A stretch of 64,000 nt of DNA from Reyranellaceae bacterium (GTDB taxonomy: Bacteria > Pseudomonadota > Alphaproteobacteria > Reyranellales > JAQSWP01). Every line of letters starts with the position of its first letter. Position 1 is the first letter of the stretch. Position numbers and translations under genes: made by a program. A model generated the notes under the pieces. It did not search any database and was not told the DNA's origin. It worked only from the letters and a program-made list of their open reading frames with translations. The stretch spans positions 3,844-67,843 of the forward strand of contig JBFXDA010000022.1 of NCBI GenBank assembly GCA_050181585.1, read 5' to 3'. Positions 58,311-64,000 of the stretch are shown here, one piece after another.

Positions 58311-59192
58311 CTAACGCAGCGCGTCGAGCCCGATCGTCGCTTGCCGATACGTAAGCGCGCCGGTGGAAAGATCAATGCCCAGCAGGTCCTCGCCGATCAC
58401 TATCGGACCGGCATAGTCGGCGCGCACCTCGGCCAGCAGGGCGGCGCGGTCGAAGCGGGTCGGCACGAAGTGGTTGAGCACCAGGCACTTCGCCCCGGCC
58501 TGCGTCGCCACCTTGCCTACCTCGCCGCTCAGCGTGTGATAGGAGGCCACCGCCTCGGTGCCCTCGCGGGTGCGCACGCCGGGGATGATCGTCATCTCGC
58601 GATGGATGAAGCATTCATGCACCAGCACGTCGGCGCCGCGCGCCGCCTCGATCAGGACCGGGCAGAAGGCGGTGTCGCCGGAGAAAGCCAGTTTCCGTCC
58701 GCCGGCCTCGAACACGAAGCCGAAAGCGTTGCGGATCGGCGCGTGCTCGACGCGCACGGCCCGGACCGCGATGTCGGCGTGGCGGATGATCTCGCCGTCC
58801 TCGATCTCCGTCACCTCGACCTGCAGCGCCAGGGTCGAAGGCCGCTTCTCGTGGGCGATGCGCTGCTCGAATTCCGGCCGCCAGAATTCCAGCAGCCCGT
58901 CGACGAAGCGCCTGGTGCCCTGGGGACCGAAGATGCGCTGCGGCCGGTCGCGGCCCTGGTGCCAGCTCGACATCACGAGCTGCAGCAGATCGACGGTGTG
59001 GTCGGAATGCAGATGGGTCAGCAGCAGCGCTTCGATCGCCTTGCCCGGCGTGCCGGCCTGCACCAGGCGCTGGCTGACGCCCGAGCCGCAATCGACCAGG
59101 AAGGCGTGCTCGCCATGGCGCACCAGGTTGGACGGCCCCAGCCGCTGCGGGTCGCAATTGGGGCAGCCAGTGCCCAGCAGCACGAAATCCAT
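58311..59192 (-). CDS. MBL-fold hydrolase, RNase Z / AtsA-like
   Basis: LLGTGCP, LVDCGSG, THLHSDH, FSGDT, LVHEC, YHT, LNHF motifs. Confidence 0.85.
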   Translation of the reverse strand: MDFVLLGTGCPNCDPQRLGPSNLVRHGEHAFLVDCGSGVSQRLVQAGTPGKAIEALLLTHLHSDHTVDLLQLVMSSWHQGRDRPQRIFGPQGTRRFVDGLLEFWRPEFEQRIAHEKRPSTLALQVEVTEIEDGEIIRHADIAVRAVRVEHAPIRNAFGFVFEAGGRKLAFSGDTAFCPVLIEAARGADVLVHECFIHREMTIIPGVRTREGTEAVASYHTLSGEVGKVATQAGAKCLVLNHFVPTRFDRAALLAEVRADYAGPIVIGEDLLGIDLSTGALTYRQATIGLDALR

Positions 59193-59468
59193 CGCCGTTT
59201 CCTCACGCCCGTTCCTTGCGCCGGATCATAGCGGCCAACGCGGCCGCTCCCAGCCTGATCGGTCCGGTTTCGGACCATACGAGAAATGAATATCCGTTTC
59301 ATTTCAGGATGATAGATAAGCCATTCGATTTGTTTATCAATTGACAATCATTCGGCAAATGTTCTCGCACTATGATTGCAAATAAATACCCTCTGGAACG
59401 TTAAGAGAACGGCAGAACGGCGGGCAGAACCGCGGGCGGACCGCCGCAAAAGAAGGGCAGAGAAGGGC

Positions 59469-59566
59469 AGAAACGAAGCGCCCCGCGATGAGCGCGGGGC
59501 GTCGAGGTGGGGAAGAAGCTGAGCAGGCCGGCAGGGAGGGAAGCAGACCTGCGGCAGGGACTGGTA
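59469..59566 (-). ncRNA. Candidate 3'-UTR sRNA with a C/U-rich loop plus the nrdAB terminator
   Basis: Stem GCAGGTCTGC/GCCGGCCTGC with loop TTCCCTCCCT, single-stranded CTTCTTCCCC, then hairpin CGCCCCGCG-CTCAT-CGCGGGGCG and CTTCGTTTCT. Confidence 0.45.
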
Positions 59567-60526
59567 CTACTCGAAGGCTTCTTCCCAGGTGCCGCGGGTG
59601 GCGGCTTTTGAGTATTCGGTGGCGCGGTTCTCGAAGAAGTTGGTGTGCTCGACGGCGTTGAGCATGGTGTCGAGCCAGGGCAGCGGGTTCTTCTCGATGC
59701 GGTAGATCGCCTGCAGGCCGAGCTGGCCCAGGCGGCGGTCGGCGATGTAGCGGATGTAGCGCTTCACGTCGTCGGAGTTCATGCCCTCGATGCCGCCCAA
59801 CTCGAAAGCCAGGTCGATGAAGGCGTCCTCGTGATCGACGATGGTCGAGCAGGCGATGTACAGCTCGCGCTGCAGGCCGTCGGTCCAGATCTCCGGGTTC
59901 TCGGCGATGAAGGTGCGGAACAGGCGGATGATGGAGTTGGTGTGCAGCGTCTCGTCGCGCACCGACCACGACACGATCTGGCCCATCCCCTTCATCTTGT
60001 TGAAGCGCGGGAAGTTCAGCAGCATGGCGAAGGAGGCGAAGAGCTGCAGGCCCTCGGTGAAGGCGCCGAACACGGCCAGGGTCTTGGCGATGTCGTGCTT
60101 GGAGTCGACGTTGAAGCCCTGCATGTAGTCGTACTTGTCCTTCATCTCCTTGTAGCGGAGGAAGGCGGAGTACTCGTCCTCGGGAATGCCCAGCGTGTCG
60201 AGCAGATGCGAGTAGGCGGCGATGTGCACCGTCTCCATGGCGGAGAAGGCCGACAGCATCATCTGCACTTCGGTCGGCTTGAACACCCGCGAATAATGCT
60301 TCATGTAGCAGTTGTTCACTTCCACGTCCGACTGGGTGAAGAAGCGGAAGATGTGCATCAAGAGATGCCGCTCCGAATCCGTCAGCTTGTTGCGCCAGTC
60401 CTTGAGGTCGTCGGCCAGCGGCACTTCCTCCGGCAGCCAGTGGATGCGCTGCTGCATCAGCCAGGCGTCGTAGGCCCAGGGATAGTTGAACGGCTTGTAG
60501 ATCGGTTTGGCGTCGAGCAACGACAT
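59567..60526 (-). CDS. nrdB: Class Ia ribonucleotide reductase beta subunit
   Basis: HWLPEEV, FFTQSD, METVHIAAYS (radical Tyr), FTEG, RDETLH, NFFENR.TEY motifs. Confidence 0.95.
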   Translation of the reverse strand: MSLLDAKPIYKPFNYPWAYDAWLMQQRIHWLPEEVPLADDLKDWRNKLTDSERHLLMHIFRFFTQSDVEVNNCYMKHYSRVFKPTEVQMMLSAFSAMETVHIAAYSHLLDTLGIPEDEYSAFLRYKEMKDKYDYMQGFNVDSKHDIAKTLAVFGAFTEGLQLFASFAMLLNFPRFNKMKGMGQIVSWSVRDETLHTNSIIRLFRTFIAENPEIWTDGLQRELYIACSTIVDHEDAFIDLAFELGGIEGMNSDDVKRYIRYIADRRLGQLGLQAIYRIEKNPLPWLDTMLNAVEHTNFFENRATEYSKAATRGTWEEAFE

Positions 60527-60559
60527 GGCGTGACTTCCTGAACGAGGTTGATGCCGGCC

Positions 60560-62422
60560 TTACTGGCAGGCCAGGCACTCTTCGTACTTGTTGGCTTCCT
60601 GCTCGCGGTCGGCGTTGAGCGCGCGCATGGCGGCCAGCGGCAGCTCGATCGGCGTGCCGCCGGCCGGCTGGGCGTTGGCGCCCAGCTCCGACACCACCTC
60701 GGCGCGCTGGATCGACATCGAGCGCAGGTAGTAGAGGCTCTTCACGCCACGCTTCCAGGCCATCAGGTGGATCTGGTGCAGGTCGCGCTTGTGCACGTCG
60801 GCCGGCAGGAAGATGTTCAGCGACTGCGCCTGGCAGATGAAGGGCGCGCGGTCGGCGGCGTGCTCGATCAGCCAGCGCTGGTCGATCTCGAAGGCGGTCT
60901 TGAAGGTGGCCTTCTCCTGCTCGTCGAGGAAATCCAGGTGCTGCACCGAGCCGTTGTTGACGGTGACCGAGCTCCACGTGTCCTCGTCGTTGCGGCCCTT
61001 CTCCTCCAGCACCCGGGCGAGATAGGGGTTGCGCACGTTGAACGAGCCCGACAGCGTCTTGTGGGTGAAGGAATTGGCCGCCACCGGCTCGATGCCGGGC
61101 GAGGCGCCGCCGGCGATGATCGAGATCGAGGCGGTGGGCGCGATCGCCAGCTTGTTGGAGAAGCGCTCCATGATGCCGAAATCGGCCGCGTCGGGGCAGG
61201 GGCCGCGCTCCTGCGCCAGCTTGCGCGAGGCCAGGTCGGCGTGCTCGCGGATGTGCTTGAACATCTTCTTGTTCCACACCTTGGCCATCACCGATTCCAG
61301 CGGGATGTTGTTGGCCTGCAGGAAGGAGTGGAAGCCCATGACGCCCAGCCCGACCGAGCGCTCGCGCATGGCCGAATAGGTGGCGCGGGCGAATTCGGTC
61401 GGAGCGCTCTCGATGAAGCCCTGCAGCACGTTGTCGAGGAAGCGCAGCACGTCCTCGACGAACAGCGGATGGTCGTGCCACTGGAAATAGGTCTCCAGGT
61501 TCAGCGACGACAGGCAGCACACCGCGGTGCGCTGCTGGCCGTGGCGATCGACGCCGGTCGGCAGGGTGATCTCGCTGCACAGGTTCGAGGTCTTGACCGT
61601 CAGGCCGGCCAGCTTCTGGTGCTCCGGCAGGGCGCGGTTCACGTGGTCGATATAGACGATATAGGGTTCGCCGGTCTCGACCCGGGCGGTCAGGATGCGG
61701 ATCCACAATTCGCGGGCGGAGACCTTGCGCAGCACCGCGCCGTCCTTGGGGCTGGTTAGGCCCCATTCCTCGTCGTTCTCCACCGCGCGCATGAAGGCGT
61801 CGGGGATGAGGACGCCGTGATGCAGGTTCAGCGCCTTGCGGTTGGGATCGCCGCCCGAGGCGCGGCGCATCTCGATGAACTCCTCGATCTCCGGATGGCT
61901 GACCGGCAAATAGCAGGCGGCCGAGCCGCGCCGCAGCGAGCCCTGCGAGATGGCAAGGGTCAGCGAGTCCATGACGCGGATGAACGGCACCACGCCCGAG
62001 GTCTTGCCATTCATGCCGACCTTCTCGCCGATCGAGCGCAGATTGCCCCAGTAGGAGCCGATGCCGCCGCCGCGGGCGGCCAGCCACACGTTCTCGTTCC
62101 ACAGGCCGACGATGCCTTCCAGCGAGTCGGTGGCCTCGTTCAGGAAGCAGGAGATCGGCAGGCCGCGCTCGGTGCCGCCATTGGACAGCACCGGGGTCGC
62201 CGGCATGAACCAGAGATTGGAAATGTAGTCGTAGAGCCTTTGGGCATGGGCGTCGTCGTCGGCGTAGTAGCTGGCGACGCGGGCGAACATCTGCTGGATC
62301 GATTCGCCAGGCAGCAGATAGCGGTCTTCCAGCGTCGCCTTGCCGAAGTTGGTGAGTTTGGCGTCGCGGCTGGGATCGATAACAACCCGGCCGCCGCTTT
62401 GGACTTGAATGACGTCAAACAC
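60560..62422 (-). CDS. nrdA: Class Ia ribonucleotide reductase alpha subunit, no ATP-cone
   Basis: GTG at 62422 after AAGGGGG; PATPVLSN, PISCFL, SNLCSEI, APTAS, KSLYY, C-terminal CLACQ. Confidence 0.95.
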   Translation of the reverse strand: MFDVIQVQSGGRVVIDPSRDAKLTNFGKATLEDRYLLPGESIQQMFARVASYYADDDAHAQRLYDYISNLWFMPATPVLSNGGTERGLPISCFLNEATDSLEGIVGLWNENVWLAARGGGIGSYWGNLRSIGEKVGMNGKTSGVVPFIRVMDSLTLAISQGSLRRGSAACYLPVSHPEIEEFIEMRRASGGDPNRKALNLHHGVLIPDAFMRAVENDEEWGLTSPKDGAVLRKVSARELWIRILTARVETGEPYIVYIDHVNRALPEHQKLAGLTVKTSNLCSEITLPTGVDRHGQQRTAVCCLSSLNLETYFQWHDHPLFVEDVLRFLDNVLQGFIESAPTEFARATYSAMRERSVGLGVMGFHSFLQANNIPLESVMAKVWNKKMFKHIREHADLASRKLAQERGPCPDAADFGIMERFSNKLAIAPTASISIIAGGASPGIEPVAANSFTHKTLSGSFNVRNPYLARVLEEKGRNDEDTWSSVTVNNGSVQHLDFLDEQEKATFKTAFEIDQRWLIEHAADRAPFICQAQSLNIFLPADVHKRDLHQIHLMAWKRGVKSLYYLRSMSIQRAEVVSELGANAQPAGGTPIELPLAAMRALNADREQEANKYEECLACQ

Positions 62423-62478
62423 TTGCGGCCCCCTTAGACTTTCTGTCCACACCTGTGAAAAGGACAGGGTGGGGATTA

Positions 62479-62526
62479 AAGCTAGATGTTGGGTGGTAGC
62501 CCCCAAGGCCCCACCAGATGTCGATG
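62479..62526. promoter_or_regulatory. Tandem NrdR boxes
   Basis: aagCTAGATGTTGggt (62479-62494) and ccaCCAGATGTCGatg (62511-62526), 32 bp apart; match acaCwAtATaTwGtgt. Confidence 0.75.
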
Positions 62527-62989
62527 ATAAGCAGTCAGGTTTTTTCGAGTCACGCGCCTTATTTTTGGGTAATGATGAAAATGAACTTGACAGAATATCT
62601 CATTGAAATTGCTAGAAGAAACTGTGTTACAGGGGGCAGCAAGATAATTGCCATGCCCGCGCGCAAATCACATCCGGATCATGTCTATTACAGAAATGTT
62701 TTATGGTTGAGGCGCTTAGAACGAGTTGCCGGCGCCAATGCCCATGGAATGCGGGTCCGGCCGTTTATCCCCGCTTCTCGCAGTGCAAACCGCAACCGGC
62801 AATTGGGCGTCAATCATTCGGTCATCGAGGACGCGGTAAAGTCGAAGCGGCCGGCGGCTGTCCGCGCGTTGCATCCCCAATAGGGCCGCATTTCGACCGC
62901 AAGCCCTGTGATGCGGATCGCAAGACGCCAGGCCGGCGGACGCTACTATTGCCGTCGCCGGTCCCGGCGCGGGGAATGGGAGGGAAATC

Positions 62990-64000
62990 TTGGATACGCC
63001 AGATCTTGCACGCTCCGGTCCTCTCGCGCCGCGCCCCGCGCACGATGCCATCGTCGCCGTCGCCCATGAGCGGCTGAGCGGGACGCTGGCGGAGGAAGCC
63101 GGCCGCTTCGTGCGCGCCCTCTACGCCAAGGCCGCCGATGCCGATATGGCCGCCGCGCCCGCGGCCGACCGGCTGGGGGCGGCGCTGCAGCTTCTGGCGC
63201 AGGCGCGCGTCCGCCAGCCCGGCCGGCCCGAGATCGTGGCGGTCAATCCCAACGAGGCCGATCACGGCTGGAGTTCGCCGCATTCGGTGCTGCTGATCGT
63301 CAACGACGACATGCCGTTCCTGGTCGATTCGGTGATGGGCGAACTGGTGGCGCGCGAGATCGGCGTGCACCTGCTGGTGCATCCCGTGATCGAGGCGCTG
63401 CGCGACCAGTCCGGCACGCTGCAAGCCTTCGGGTCCGCCGCCGGCGCCGGGGCGCGGCGCGAATCGATGATGCTGATCGAGATCGACCGCCAGCCGCCGG
63501 CGGCACTCGAGGAACTGACCCAGGCGCTGGACGCGGTGCTGCGCGACGTGCGCCTGGCGGTGCAGGACTGGCGCGCCATGCGCGGCGCGGTCGGCTCGGC
63601 GCTGGCCGGGCTGACCGCGCCCGGTCCGCTGGTCGATCCGCAGGAAGCGGCCGAAGCGCGCCAGTTCCTGGAATGGATCGCGGCCGACCACTTCACCTTC
63701 CTGGGCTATCGCCGCTATCGCTTCGCCGATGCCGAGGCGCCGGACGGGGCGGTCTACGAGCTGGTGCCGGGCTCGGCGCTGGGCGTGCTGCACGACGAAT
63801 ACCGGCTGCTGTTCGAATCGGCGTCGCAGGCGGCCGGCCTGCCGGCGGCGATGCGCGCCTTCCTGCACGGGCCGGGCGTGCTGCTGATCGCCAAGGCCGA
63901 CCTGGAGTCCAGGGTCCACCGGCGCACGCCGATGGACGTGCTGATCGTCAAGCATTTCGACGCCGAGGGCCGGCTGGAGGGCGAGCACCGCTTCGCCGGG
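62990..64000 (+). CDS. gdhB: Large NAD-specific glutamate dehydrogenase, 5' part (runs off the window; not in the ORF track)
   Basis: TTG after GGGAGGG; translation includes NPNEADHGWSSPHSVLLIVNDDMPFLVDSV, FLEWIAADHFTFLGYR, SRVHRRTPMD. Confidence 0.9.
   Translation, partial: MDTPDLARSGPLAPRPAHDAIVAVAHERLSGTLAEEAGRFVRALYAKAADADMAAAPAADRLGAALQLLAQARVRQPGRPEIVAVNPNEADHGWSSPHSVLLIVNDDMPFLVDSVMGELVAREIGVHLLVHPVIEALRDQSGTLQAFGSAAGAGARRESMMLIEIDRQPPAALEELTQALDAVLRDVRLAVQDWRAMRGAVGSALAGLTAPGPLVDPQEAAEARQFLEWIAADHFTFLGYRRYRFADAEAPDGAVYELVPGSALGVLHDEYRLLFESASQAAGLPAAMRAFLHGPGVLLIAKADLESRVHRRTPMDVLIVKHFDAEGRLEGEHRFAG

Noticed and set aside
59341-59376. Plus-strand promoter TTGACA...TATGAT
   Set aside because: Spacer is 24 bp and no plus-strand gene follows.

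Overview
High-GC alphaproteobacterial chromosomal segment; the ubiH / glnK / aminotransferase / ftsK / lolA synteny suggests a Rhodospirillales-like organism (inference). Housekeeping and metabolic content: an NAD-dependent formate dehydrogenase operon with fdsG and fdsB fused, gentisate dioxygenase, two tandem lolA, ftsK, two tandem glnK-amtB pairs, ubiH-like hydroxylase, DegP-like protease, the cnoX / LON-N / Trm112 / DUF971 cluster, a TauABC-TauD-like operon, a MesD-like methionine synthase, class Ia ribonucleotide reductase with two NrdR boxes, and the 5' part of a large NAD-glutamate dehydrogenase. A 5.3 kb integrase-less islet sits at tRNA-Gly(GCC). Three families of palindromic intergenic repeats are present, some nested. 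Best candidates for undescribed biology: (1) a probably leaderless His/aromatic-rich leader peptide with terminator and antiterminator upstream of a catalytically degenerate thermonuclease-fold gene; (2) a Zur-box operon pairing a zinc-binding protein with a small outer-membrane beta-barrel; (3) an lvaABC-like kinase / DUF6285 / acyl-CoA dehydrogenase module; (4) a bipartite repeat whose end supplies the TAG stop codon of the adjacent gene in all three copies; (5) an anti-Shine-Dalgarno-loop sRNA candidate in the nrdB 3' UTR. Product calls rest on motif recognition only; no database searches were run.
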